A DNA stretch of 46,365 bases, taken from assembly GCA_000934665.2 (NCBI GenBank), contig JYFJ02003110.1, positions 1-46,365 of the forward strand. Direction: 5' to 3'. This stretch comes from Catajapyx aquilonaris. Taxonomy: Eukaryota. Positions 23,601 through 35,761 of the stretch are shown one piece after another. Both the position numbers and the translations under genes were made by a program. Positions within the stretch are counted from its first letter, which is position 1. Each line of letters starts with the position of its first letter. The notes below the pieces were generated by a model. It saw nothing but the letters and a program-made list of their open reading frames with translations. It was not told the origin of the DNA and searched no databases.

Positions 23601-26600
23601 TTCTATGTACCAGGTGAAATTCTGGTGCACCACAGGTCGTCCAGAGCGGGCGTCATCTTCGATGGACGCCCGCTCTGGACGACCTGTGGAGGCAACTGGC
23701 AGTGACATTTGTCAAAAAGTGGAACATCTGGTCATGGAAGACAGGAGAATGAAGTCGTCTGAGTTGGCCGTGGCTGTTGGCATCTCAAAGGCAAGCGTTC
23801 TGACAATCCTGCATGGTCATTTGGGGCTGTCAAAAGTCAGTGCGCGATGGGTACCCAGATTGCTGACCACTATTCAAAAAGAGGCCTGTGTCACATGCTC
23901 TCGGGAGAACTTGGAGCTTCATGAAGCGGATCCTGAGGGTTTCTTGTCGCAGCTAGTGACAGGGGATGAAACCTGGGTCCACCACTGGGACCCTGAGACC
24001 AAGATGGAGTCGATGCAATGGAAGCATAAGGATTCACCACCACCAAAAAAGTGCCGCACGCAACCATCTGCGGGGAAGATCATGGGTACTGTTTTTTGGG
24101 ACTCTGAGGGTGTTCTGCTGGTGGAGTACATGCCACACAAGACAACCATCACCGGCGCAGTCTATGCTGATCTGCTGAAGAAGCTGAGGGCAGCTATCGT
24201 CGCAAAAAGGCGAGGAAAGATGACTCGAGGTGTGTGCTTGCTCCATGACAACGCGCCTGTTCACACATCCATGGTTGCGCAAGCTGCCATCGGCGACTGT
24301 GGCTTCCGAGTTCTGAACCATCCACCCTACAGCCCAGACATGGCTCCCAGTGACTATTTTCTCTTTCGTCACCTGAAAAAGAACCTTCGCGGACGTCGTT
24401 TTCACACTGACGACGAGGTGAAAGAGGCAGTTGAGGAGTGGATTGCAGAACAATCTTCAGAATTTTTTAAAAGTGGTATCGCATCACTGCCTGACAAATG
24501 GCGTAAGTGTATTGATATGAGGGGAGAATACATTGAAAAGAAATAATATTGCTATTCTCATTACATGTGTCCTTCATACCTAGGTAGATAACTTTTTGAC
24601 CCTCCCTCGTATCATGCATGAGACGGCCACACGGACTAGATAACAACCAGCATTCCCTATGATTTGTTAAGAAAATTCCAACTTCAATTCGCTCTCCTGA
24701 AAAATTACTCTTTTGTCAGTATTCATGTTTTTTCCCCACACCCCTCTTAATGACAGTTTGAAATGGTAAAAATTAATATAAGGACTGTTGGATTTTGACA
24801 GTACAGTATTTAGTATAAGAATTATGTTAACCTAAACAATCAGTTACATAGTGCCCTATGTAGTTACTTTGAAATTTATTTGTCACACAGGATTCTGGTG
24901 GTTACCCCATCCAACAGCTCTGCTGATCTGATCGTTGTCCGCCTCCACCGAAGTGGAGTCATAAAGGTAGGATTTTTACTGACCTAGGGCTTCTGCATAA
25001 CTTATGCAGGGTGCTGCAAAAGGTAGTTACTTTCTCATGAATCTGGGTTTCTTTAAGATGTTCTCAGGCAGAAACATCCGATATTCCTAGTAGATTTTGT
25101 GGAGTTTGGGTCAATGACGTAGATAATAATTGCATTTAAAATTCCATGGCGGCAATATGCTGATGTGGGTTGGCTTGAATTATTTGACAGGGAGGGAAAA
25201 GGTAAAGACATGGTGAGGACCATCTTGTGGATTGTACTCAATGGATCTAAAATTGGGATCTGATGTCTTTGGCTTGGCTTGGATCTGTTCCATTGCTAGT
25301 TCTGACCATGTCTGACCTGTCCAAGAATTCAAGCCAGTACACACCATCAGACACATTTCAAGTGTTATTATTTCCATCATGGAGCCCAAATCTGCAACAG
25401 CAACAAGAGTGATTTATTTGCCTTTGGCTCAGAATGATGTATGGAACATTTATCCAAGAGGAAGTGCTTACTTTTCCACCACCCTGTATAATTAGATTAA
25501 TTTTTGTGCGCAGGAATGGGACAGTATACTGGTATAGTTAATGGTAGGAATTCACTAAGCTGTGAGCCTCTAACTAACATCAGTTTTGGGTGTCTCTGCA
25601 GTTTTCTGACATGGTTCGCCTGAACTCATTCCGGCGTGGAACTGACACTTTGACTGATGAGGTCCGACCCTATTGCATGGACAGTGATCATTTGGACCAG
25701 GTGGTGCGCCATCGTTTGGTGGTGACCACTTGCAATGCAGCAGGGACCATCTACACTTTGGGCCTTCCCAATGGCCACTTTACACATGTGTTCATAGATG
25801 AGGCAGGGTATGCCAATGAGCCTGAGGCACTGGTGCCCATTGGGCTTCTGTCCACCAGTGATGGAGAAGCACAGGTTGTCCTGGCAGGAGACCCCAAGCA
25901 GCTGGGGCCTGTCCTCACTAGCCGTCTCGCCAAGAGGAATGGACTGGAACGCTCATTCCTAGAGAGACTTACTGAAAACCCTTTGTACCGGAGGGATGAT
26001 GTCAAGTTTGCCCATGATGGAAACTATGACCCATTGCTTGTTACAAAACTGGTCATCAATTACAGGTATGGATGTTGTGTTATTATAAAGGAACATGTAC
26101 AGTGCTTGTAAATGAGGTAAATTCAGCAGCAACACAAAATGTCTTTCAACAGTTTATGTTCTTGTCGATGTTTCTATGTATTCATGTGCAGCTTTAATTA
26201 TTTTACACTTTTATATCTGCATTCTTATTCTTATTAACGTTTAGATCTGATCCCCTCCTTCTAAAACTCCCCTCGAGGATGTTTTACCATGATGAACTGG
26301 TAGCACAGGCAGATCTGAGGCAGTGGTCCCACCTGCGGGAGCTAGACATTTTTCCCACCAAGAAAGTGGCCATGGTGTTCTGTGGCATGAAAGGGGAGAA
26401 TGAGCAGGACAAGGACAGCCCGTCATGGTACAACAGGGAAGAGGTGTTGCAGGTGTGGAAGCACTTGCATGTGCTCTATGAGCAGGGAGGTCTAAAGCCT
26501 GAACAAGTTGGAATAATCACCCCTTATAGAAAGCAGGTATGAAATTTGCTGTTTTTATGTTGTCAATTTGTTTGACATCTAGCTAAGCTAAGCCAGCAGA

Positions 26601-26863
26601 AGTCAACCAACTTCTACAGCAGTGGCAATATTGCGGTCGTCTTACTGTAACAGGCCATCCACTTGAAATGTGGGCTGGACTTGCGCAATATTGGCTGATT
26701 TAGTTGCATGCTATATCAAATCATCCTTTATCAGTTGGTGTATTCAGCTTCCAAGCAAGCACTTCTGGTGCAGTTGGAGCTGACTTTTGTTCCTCTTCAA
26801 ATTTGAATGACAGAAACCTTTCATATACGGTAGCCAAGGGTAAGGTATTATTGGCATGATATT

Positions 26864-26952
<89 letters not shown>

Positions 26953-27919
26953 TATTTTTGCATTACCCCATTGGGAGTTACATTTCCTTTAGGGGGGTGG
27001 AATACCACCATTTGGGTGGAACCGGTATACTAAGATAGTATTTAGTGTGTTCCAAGGGTAAGTAGGAGGGGATGTGCAAAGTGCGTGTGCAATGTCGTTG
27101 ATGTGCCATTTTGTGAACTCCCCCGGGTGGCATATGTGAAAGGATCGCCACCCGAAACGAAGCCAGAGACGGTCTCACTCTGCACGAAAGAAGGTGGGAA
27201 CCCCGGGTGGGGATTGAACCCGGGACCTTAACTTCCGTGGGCGCACGCGTTACCGCGGCGCCACTCCGTCTCCCTATTGGCATGATATTATTGTGGACAC
27301 TTTCTCAATAGAAATCAACGTGCTGGTAGTACTTCTCTATAATATAATGTGGCATTAAGAGAATTACATCACAGTTTCTTGAAACGCATTGTTGGCATAT
27401 GATTAGACTCATTTAGTAATTATTGCTGATGATGGTTTATTTATCAGACTTATTTTGCTGTACTAGTACAGCGAATACAGCATTGCACTTATGTTCTAAA
27501 AGTTAATTTTTTTCTCATTCTTGCTTGAAATTTCTGGAACATCACAGGTGGAGAAGATCCGCCATTTCTTAGAGGACAGAAATGTCCCAAAGCCAAAGAT
27601 TGGGTCAGTGGAGGAGTTCCAGGGCCAAGAGAGAGTGGCCATCATCCTGTCAACTGTTCGATCAGTGCACGATTTGCGCAAGATGAACCAGATCTTCAAC
27701 TTGGGTTTTGTAGCCAGCCCAAAGCGAATGAATGTGGCCCTAACAAGAGCAGAGGCCTGCCTGGTAGTGATTGGAAACCCTCACGTGCTGGCTCTGGACA
27801 TGGAGTGGAGGGCCTTCTTGTCCTACGTGTACGAATTGGGAGCATACAAAGGATGCGAAATGCCGGCTATGGTGATCAGTGGGGATGATGATGAGGATGG
27901 TAGGCCTTATATCTATTAG
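17608..27919 (+). CDS. armi: Armitage/MOV10L1-type UPF1-like SF1 RNA helicase (piRNA biogenesis), ~1239 aa
   Basis: 8 exons, GT-AG and phase-consistent: 17608-18133, 19503-20714, 21107-21548, 22212-22547, 24891-24966 (absent from the ORF track; [14 protein letters not shown]), 25602-26065, 26245-26536, 27548-27919 (3720 nt). N-terminal OB/cold-shock-like repeats ([25 protein letters not shown]), Ig-like region, [75 protein letters not shown]. The OB-fold N-terminus favours the MOV10L1/Armi clade over MOV10. Confidence 0.9.
17713..17814 (+). repeat. In-frame 48-bp tandem duplication in armi exon 1
   Basis: gatggtggaccagaagaagaaaccgccactggaattgtgacttcgatt / gatggtgaaccagaagaagaaacagtcactggaattgtgactttgatt, encoding [32 protein letters not shown]. 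Confidence 0.9.
19218..19362. mobile_element. TA-flanked hairpin MITE (Tc1/pogo-like ends) in armi intron 1
   Basis: gaaaacgaaacgatgatctgacgtc pairs with gacgtcagagcgtcgtttcgttttc; the inner gcaacaatatgagtaaacagtgt pairs with acattgtttactcctattgttgc; ends ta|ctgtg ... cactg|ta. Confidence 0.7.
22721..22848. mobile_element. Small Tc1-like MITE in armi intron 4
   Basis: gtgtgcacagctggacaaaatagcagtccttga pairs with tcaagagactgctattttgtacagcagtgtacac. Confidence 0.65.
23131..23280 (+). mobile_element. 5'-truncated retroposon (LINE/SINE 3' end) with poly(A) and 14-bp TSD
   Basis: TSD tgtataagacgtga at 23117-23130 and 23281-23294. Ends ...ggtggtattccacccccataaaaaggctaagtcttatcatggggtaacgt(A)n. 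Confidence 0.85.
23326..24609 (+). mobile_element. Full-length mariner (DD34D, irritans/Hsmar2-like ends), 1284 bp, in armi intron 4
   Basis: 37-bp TIRs CGAGGGAGGGTCAAAAAGTTATCTACCT(C/A)GGTATGAA with one mismatch; TA TSD at 23324-23325 and 24610-24611. Confidence 0.95.
23498..24546 (+). pseudogene. Mariner transposase with an N-terminal frameshift
   Basis: Probable true start at 23498 ([28 protein letters not shown]) is out of frame with YGDDAPS/23605-24546, implying a small deletion near 23581. WVPRLL, TGDETW, HDNA-x34-D and [13 protein letters not shown] are intact. Confidence 0.9.
25007..25486. mobile_element. Old internally deleted Tc1/mariner element in armi intron 5
   Basis: Imperfect TIRs cagggtgctgcaaaaggtag / cttacttttccaccaccctg|ta. 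A minus-strand remnant ...[13 protein letters not shown] loosely resembles the Tc1 SPDLNPIE motif. Confidence 0.45.
26866..27274 (-). mobile_element. Full-length tRNA-derived SINE with (GAT)n tail and 17-bp TSD in armi intron 7
   Basis: Minus strand starts GGGAGACGGAGTGGCGCCGCGG (A box) ... GGTTCAATCCC (B box). TSD tattggcatgatattat at 26849-26865 and 27275-27291. Tail (CAT)n on the plus strand at 26866-26952. Confidence 0.9.
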
Positions 27920-29887
27920 GAAATCAAGTTTTCGGGTGGTTTCAGACTTTCATCCTTCTAAGATATGTAGCTCAATTACGTACCTGAATCACATGTAGTA
28001 AGAGTTAGTTAGTTTTTTTCATCATTTTTAGTGTAGTTAGGTCACGTTTTAAGATGAAAGATGAGATGACATTTTGCATAATAATTTTAGACGTGTTTTA
28101 GATTGAAAGCTGTAACACTGGTAGTAATTCTTTTTGTTCGTTAATTAACCCTTTAGTCATGGGTTCCCCTGTAGTGCAATAGACTGACTGGAGTATTACT
28201 GATGCAGAGGAGGTGTTTATGTCCTGGTTTTACTTTTGATATCGTGCATCTGAAAGCCTAGAGAAGTGATTATTTTAAGATATTGTGCTCCATGAAGGCA
28301 GTTTAGACAGGCATAATGAGGAATTAGAAAGGAAAAGGTTTTCTGGATGAAAGTTTAACAAGTTACAAAATGACTGACTGTAACGAACTAAACTTACATA
28401 TAATTGGTTCAAGGTATTGCAGAAAAGCACACGTGGATAGTCATTACTGTAGGCTGATGTATTTTTAGGTGTGTGACATCAGTTAATGTTTAGATTTGTT
28501 GCATGGTTGGGTAGGTTATTTTTGTCCACTGCAATCTAAGATAAAAGTTGTGGGGGAACTGGGGGGAACAGGAAGAGATTTGCAAGATTTGAAAATTGTG
28601 CCCCAACTTTGTCACATAAATGTAATAATTTTGAGGCAAGAGAGATGAAGCTGCACTTAACGTAAGATTTGTAACTTTGATTGAGACGAAAGTGTTCAAG
28701 CAGGTCGTAACAGACTGAGGTGAAAGGGGGAGGGAAAAAATGCAACATGTGAAGTGGCTGGAATAAACTTGAAAACTTACGTAATGCTTTTATGTTATTT
28801 GCTCTCGACTCCACCTATTGCCATTACTTATTTATTAATTTTTACAGATTCGGTGTTCTGAGGTGTTTAGCTGTCACAAATGGATATCTTGACTGTTGAT
28901 TGAATTCCTGTATGACACTGCATCTCACTTTTAATACTATCATGCTCAAAGTGACGCACCAGATGATTGGTTATGATTTTAATAATATGGCTCATATTCT
29001 TGCTAATTTCCAGTAAAATATGCATGTCCAGATTTTGAGGTTCAATTGATGGAGGCAACATGTTCCATTTGTAGGTGTGAAATTGAAAACACCAAGTCCT
29101 TTGCATGAGAAACATTTTTATTGTATCCAATTTGCTCAGGGCTCCAGTGCTCAGTTCACACCTGTGCTGCCCAGGAGTTTGGATTTGTGTCAATAATAGT
29201 GAAAAACATCGTATTTAGTGCAGGTCAGCTTGACATTACTAGCCATTCTCTGTGACAAGAAGTGCACTGAAATAAAATTTATACTGCTCAGGTATATTCT
29301 AGCTTTTATTAGGGTTAGTGTAACAAATTCGCAATGATGATAAAACAAGAATGAGAATACAAAAAATTGAGCTAGTTTATCAGCGAGATTCTGTAAGACT
29401 TGGAACACCTGAAAGCTTGTCAGTGTTCTGTGATGCGGACATTGTAGGCCTATCCAGAAGATTTACGTACCGTATATTGAGTGTAAGCATCATATAATGA
29501 TAAGTTATAAGTTACAAATAAGTCAATTAGCCGCCAGTAATTATGCAATGCATTTTTGTAGTTTTACACTGCACTATCTCTTAATTGCCCTGTCATTACG
29601 ATGTAATGTATAAAATATGTAACATTTTCATGAGGCTTTTTACTGATGGATAACAGAACTTGTCACTATTCGGTCGATGACACAATCTAGTGCACTGAAC
29701 ATTTCACATAACATTCAAATTGCATTAGTTGCACACAGCCAAGCCGGGCATAGTAATGTAAAAGTAGCATATATTTATTTTTAGATATTTGCCATTTTCA
29801 CTTGATCGTCGCACACGATTACTTGGACAATGTAAGTAATGGAATGCTGTTTTTGCATTAAACACATGTACATGTCAGTCAAAAAAG

Positions 29888-32800
29888 TCACTTTCTGGGC
29901 AAAAGCTTGACCAAAATTCCGTCCTTTGGTGCCAAAATGAGCTCCGAAAGAAGCTTGACATCTTCTCTTCTCTGTAGAGACTCCACCTTGAAATATCGCA
30001 AAATGTTGGCCAGGACAACCTTTTCCTCCATCAGTGCGAACCTCTGACCTGGATATGACACCAAAAAAAAAAAAATCAATTCATGCCAGTCATTAACAGT
30101 TATGGACACATTACCTATGCAGTTTCTAGGTCCGGCACTGAAAGGAATATATGCATACGGATGCCTCCCAGCAGCATTTTCAGGAAGGAAACGGTCCGGG
30201 TCAAATTCCTCGGGGTTTGGGAAGCACTCGGGGTCACGGTGAACCATGAAGGGAATTATCATTGTTGTAGTTCCCGCCGCCACTTTGTGCCCTTCTGTAT
30301 ACCAAAAAATTAAATAAAAAAATAAAGTTGGTGAATATAGCGATTGCTGCACTTCAGATGCCAAAATAACGTCCTTGACATGAGCTGGCCAACATCGGAG
30401 CAAAAAAAGCGGATTTTAATCTGGTAACTGTCACTCATGTCTGGCATCACTTGGGACCAAGTATGACTCAATCTCTAACCAACAAACACATGGTGCTCTA
30501 TATTGAGATCTGTGAACTCTGTAACCATGTGCGTGCCATGATTGTGTTTTCTACTCTGGACACATTCATAGCTATACACTACATGTACTGTGCTGTAATA
30601 CATCAGAATGTTAGTATGTTACTTACCAATGACTACATCTTCTTTGAGCTCTCTGGTGACGAAAGGAACGCTGGGATAGATTCGGAGCGATTCCTTCATA
30701 CACATCTCCAAGTACTTCATTCGAGACAAATCAGACATTTCTATGGGGCGATCTGAATCACCAAATATCTCGTCAAGTTCTTTGTACACCAGATCCTAAA
30801 ATTCAGTAAGAAATATGTCCAAAATGTGCTGCATATCATGCGAATAAGTCATTGTCGTAATTTCCCCCCGGTAAATTTTTTCTCAAAATAACGAACAGTA
30901 CCTGATGTTTAGGATTCCAGCCTAGCAGGAAGAGGCACCAGGATATTCCTAATGCAGTTGTGTCATGGCCCTGAAATAAATATTTTGTATAGCCCATGGG
31001 ACGCACAGTAGCATTAATACAAAATGTGTTATTAAAATAATTACTAACTGCAAACATGAAAGTGTCCACTTCTTCTCGTAATCCTTCATCATCCAGCTTT
31101 CCATCCTCAGCTTCCGCAGCCAGCAAAAGGTCCAGAAATGCTAAACGTTTCTTGACACCTTCAGGATTCGGCTCTGAAGTACGGGAAATACAATTATTAA
31201 TTGCTTATGATTGCTCGTACTGCAATATGACTGTACCTTGAGTTTCCTTATTGGACGCAGTGTTGTTGTACTCTTCTTTCCTTTCTTTGATTATCTGTGA
31301 TAGGAATGTTCAATTTTTTCATTTGATCCTTCAAAAGGAGACTTCAAAATCTTACCTTATCTGTGAAACCATGCAGAATTTTAAGGGACTTCTTGTGCTG
31401 TGTTCCAATTGATGTGAATTGGAACACCCAATTTGGATGCAACCATGGCACAAAAGCACGATAGGGAATGATTCCAGCAATTCTATCGAATAGAACCGCA
31501 TGTTAATATCAATATTATGACACCTACACTTTTAGCAGTCAGTCTGACAAGTAAAACATTCAACATCGGATATGTTTTCCACCTTGCTGACCTTATCTAT
31601 ATCTCGGGGTGAGAATTACTTGTACAAGGCTGTAACTGCAATGAAAATCCTCTGTAGTTACAACCTTGTAATTATTCCCACTCCGTGGTGTACAACATGT
31701 GTTATAATGACTTACGTCTTAAGTGCTCTCACGTATTCCGAATCTGCGTCAATCTGAGCATGAATTTTCTTCCCCATAGCAGTTTCTGCAATAAAATTGC
31801 ACATTACCCAGGTATTATTATCAGTCTAATGATGCAGTGACGTAAGAAGTTATTAAGACAATTATATTTGAATGAGCCAGTATGGGGAAATATGATATCA
31901 TGTCGAACAGTACATAATACCGAGTGTTCCAAACTGGCACTGTCTCAGTCATTACTTGTTTGGTTCATTAGTGCAAAGACTGCAAACTAAAACTTATTAT
32001 TGGCACAACTAATATTGACACACCTACCACAAATGATGTCTAATGTGCAGAGAGCCACGGAGTCAAGAATATCAATCTTCTTGTCAGTTTTCGACCTCAG
32101 GTTTTCAACTAACACTTGGCTGTGCTCGTTGAAAGAGTACATGAAGTCTTCCAATATTTTGAAGTGGAATGTTGGGGTCAACAAACGTCGCCTGTTGAAC
32201 CATTTTGCTCCTTTTATGTTAAAATAATAATAAACACCGGAAATGTAAAAAATTGTGCAATGTAACCAACAGGAACTTGTGTCAATGGGTATTTCTGTTG
32301 TGGAAGTGACTCCTGTCATGCATATAATGTATGGCCTGATAATGCTATTCAGATGCAATAAGCTTTTTTCCGTGCCGGTAATCACTACAATTCTGCTATC
32401 GGAAGGTGTCACTTTCATTGAGAAGTACCCTATTACGTGAATTGAATGACAGACCTCCACTTGTGACTAAACCTGTTCCCAGCCAAGGCCGCAAGAAAAC
32501 GTAGTCGTACGCCTTTTCGATGTGCACGTTGCTGCTCAGCACCACCTATGCAAATTAAATCGTGTAATTATTAGGATGGCATAAATTCTGCCAAATTAAA
32601 TTAATTTGAAATGGTTATATGAAAGTATATGTTGATTTATCATGGGTTTTACAGGAGAATAAAAATATTGGTGTATGTTAAAACTAGTACAATGAAACAT
32701 CAATAGCTTATTGCACAAACAGGTAATTAGTGTACTCTCATTTTCAGTTTAAATGACATCTAATGTTGCCATTCCCAAGCAAGGTACAATAATAATAATA

Positions 32801-34988
32801 GTAACAATTTATTTTTATTTAGACTATAAAAATCAGAGTACAGGAAATGTATAACGAACATGAGGCATTGGAAAATAATGCATTGTCTGACTTTTTATAG
32901 GTTACGTGATGGATAAAAATTGCTTCATTGTTTCGAGTACTATGACAATAAATGTGTTCAACTATTTTGGATTTACAAAGTTATATCAATCATGCAACCC
33001 AGCCACCATATAATTATGACAGTTACCTCTCATCGCCTTGGCATCTTAGACCGACCTTGAATCTGCACATGTCTTACTATTACATCACCATCTTACTGAA
33101 TCTCGTAAGGTACTGTACTGCATACTCATACATCAAACGGTACAGTCTCTGAAGGAGTTCTGCAGTGTTTTAATCATGACCACGATGCATGACCTGATGC
33201 ATGGCTGCAGTAACAGCGAGTACCTGAATGATTATATTCACCTCCATTCTCCATATAATTCCGTTACTGTAGGTGGAACATTACGTGTACTGATATTCAC
33301 TATCAGCATATAGTCATGGTAAATCCTCCATCCAAAACTCATTTATATGAAAAATGGAAGGCTAATTACACTGGCCAACAGAATTTAGCTTCTTTTTGTA
33401 ACATTGAACTGACAGGGTGATTCATCATGTATTTTATGAGCTCACATAATTATTATACCTGTCCCACAATATTTTGAACAAATTCCATTGGAATGTGTAA
33501 CAACAATCACTTGTAATAATATTGGTCTTACTATTACTATTACTATTGACGGCATATCCCATATATAGTGTTTCATCGACAGTTAGGAAAATCGGACTTG
33601 TCTCATTTGTTTATGGCATGATTATTTTGCAGATGAACGTTTGATTAGTATGTTGTGGTATGTTGTAAGTTTCCGCTGGATAAGGATCAGATTTGATAAA
33701 ACAGGACCAAAAAAAAGTATTGTAGCAGGCAAAAAGATTGTGCGACAATGTTCAATTTCCATTTAATGGAAAATTGTCTTGATATTTTTGAAACGTGTCG
33801 CTATAAAATTCCACCGTGTGAGTAATCTGATTTTTCTTCCTCAATTTAACCTGATTTAAGTAAATTTTTAAAGCAAATCCTCTACAGTGTCTACACCATA
33901 TGATAAGCTTGCTGATATTTTCATTAGATCAGCACAATGGTGTAGTTAGCCAATATACAAATATTTATCACCACACTCTTCGATTACAAATTCACTGTGA
34001 CAAGCTCCTATTTCGTATGTCAGATACATCATCCCACACAGTCTAGTTCAATTAGCCACACAAAGCATTTTCCTAGCCTCTTATTATCATACAGTATGAG
34101 CTACGGAAATGGCAACAATGAAAATATGATTTAGTTAGCTCCAATTATTTTCACGCTGATCATTTTATTAGTCCTACTCTTTTCAGCTAATAGGTACCGG
34201 TATATTTTATCATCTTGCAGATTAGTCTATGAATATTTCAAGAAATATGGATCTACATGCTAGATTATGCATAGATTTCAAGATTATTATCTTGCCTCGA
34301 CACTCCTCGCCTTGTAGAGAAGTGCATAGACCCGATGCAATAGATGCATTTGTGACAGAGATTTTCCTGGGACGCAGAAGCTCATCAATGCATCCATTAA
34401 GTCTGAAAATATAGGAACAAGTTATACGGTGCTGGGAAATTGTTTTTCAAAAATTTGCGAAAATAAGTCATATGATGTAACAACTGCCAAGTTTCCTGAA
34501 AGCAACGTTGGGAACCTGCTATGCAACATATTTAAGAAGTCCGTTTCCCATGCAAAAACAAGCAAGGTTGTACTATAAAAACAACTGTGAAGGCTATACA
34601 CATGACATTTTATAGCGCTTATAAAATGAGGTCTAGAATCACCATTAACCTTCATGTGTGGGCCCATACAATACTAGGGTGAGTTCCCGGGCCATGGAGT
34701 ATCATTTAATGTAGAAGTGTCCCATGGACTCCGTAGACAGGTAGCTTCATACATAAGTAATATCCTAGCCACCAATCACATGTAATACCAACCTTCCCTC
34801 TCCACATTCATCTCCATCATGTGTCCCACCAGCACATTTGCTTTTCTTCCCGGCAACTTCCGAATGTAATGCACTTGTCTAATATGACTTCCAAGGAACC
34901 TATACACACATGCGAAAAATCCTGTCAACACCACAATGGCCAGGGTCACTGGGCTGACCCACTCGAGAAGGTGTCCGACGACCCCCAT
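29888..34988 (-). CDS. Cytochrome P450, CYP4 clan (CYP4C/4V-like), 511 aa
   Basis: 12 exons, phase-consistent: 34988-34793, 34402-34296 (GC donor), 32545-32455, 32210-32028, 31785-31716, 31482-31356, 31294-31237, 31173-31049, 30970-30902, 30795-30627, 30294-30115, 30048-29888 (1536 nt). N-terminal TM anchor, [67 protein letters not shown]. Confidence 0.93.
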
Positions 34989-35429
34989 GATAATATTACT
35001 ATGACACCAGATATATTTGGCGCCACAACTGAACTTCTCGAGTCCTGACCCTGTACTGCCGAGTCTGATGGTGAGTACCGCCGATACCACACATGTGTAC
35101 TGACTAATACACACACACACACACACGCTCGTTTTTTAACGCCTCGAGGTTAGCTCGATTACGTAATCTGTTTTGCGGGGGTGGTGGTCGAGGGGTGGTG
35201 GGGTGGATATATATACTATATCGAGGAGTGGTCTGTAGCTATATATATGAAAACGCAAAAAGCGGTCATCCCTGTATGCGTGATAATACTGCACATGTGC
35301 ATGGGGCGTAATAGGATTATCGGAGCGGAAGAAGCCATAATTACGTGTAAGAGGAAGATAAAAATGCTTTATGGTAACAAAGGGAACGATAAAAGGTCAG
35401 AAATTTATGGCGACTGAAACAGCAGGACA

Positions 35430-35479
35430 TAGCAACAGCAGCAGCAGCAACGACGACGACAACTACAACAACAACGACA

Positions 35480-35523
<44 letters not shown>

Positions 35524-35567
35524 TACTACTACTATTATTATTATTAGTAGTAGTAGTAGTAGTAGTC

Positions 35568-35618
<51 letters not shown>

Positions 35619-35730
35619 ATACAGTTGAATCCGGATATAACAAACTTTGAGGGCCCGCGGAAATCAGGCCTTTCGAGTATGTTATAACCGAAATTCTGCT
35701 ATAGCCGAGGCTGTTATACCCGGATTCAAC

Positions 35731-35761
<31 letters not shown>
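35430..35761. repeat. Compound trinucleotide microsatellite (GCA/ACG/ACA/ATT/ACT/AGT)
   Basis: Read directly from the sequence; interrupted by a MITE. Confidence 0.9.
35622..35732. mobile_element. ~110-bp pogo/Tigger-like MITE inserted in (TAG)n
   Basis: ta|CAGTTGAATCCGGATATAAC ... GTTATACCCGGATTCAACGG inverted termini. Confidence 0.7.

Larger units (their letters stand above)
23049..24746. mobile_element. Older TIR element (MITE) hosting two later insertions
   Basis: Left ggggtgtgggggaaaaacatgataactgac pairs with right gtcagtattcatgttttttccccacacccc. The right end abuts TTAA. Confidence 0.6.

Noticed and set aside
33027..33148. Alternative CYP4 exon 2 ([13 protein letters not shown]...)
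   Set aside because: Wrong phase and in-frame stops; 34402-34296 fits instead.
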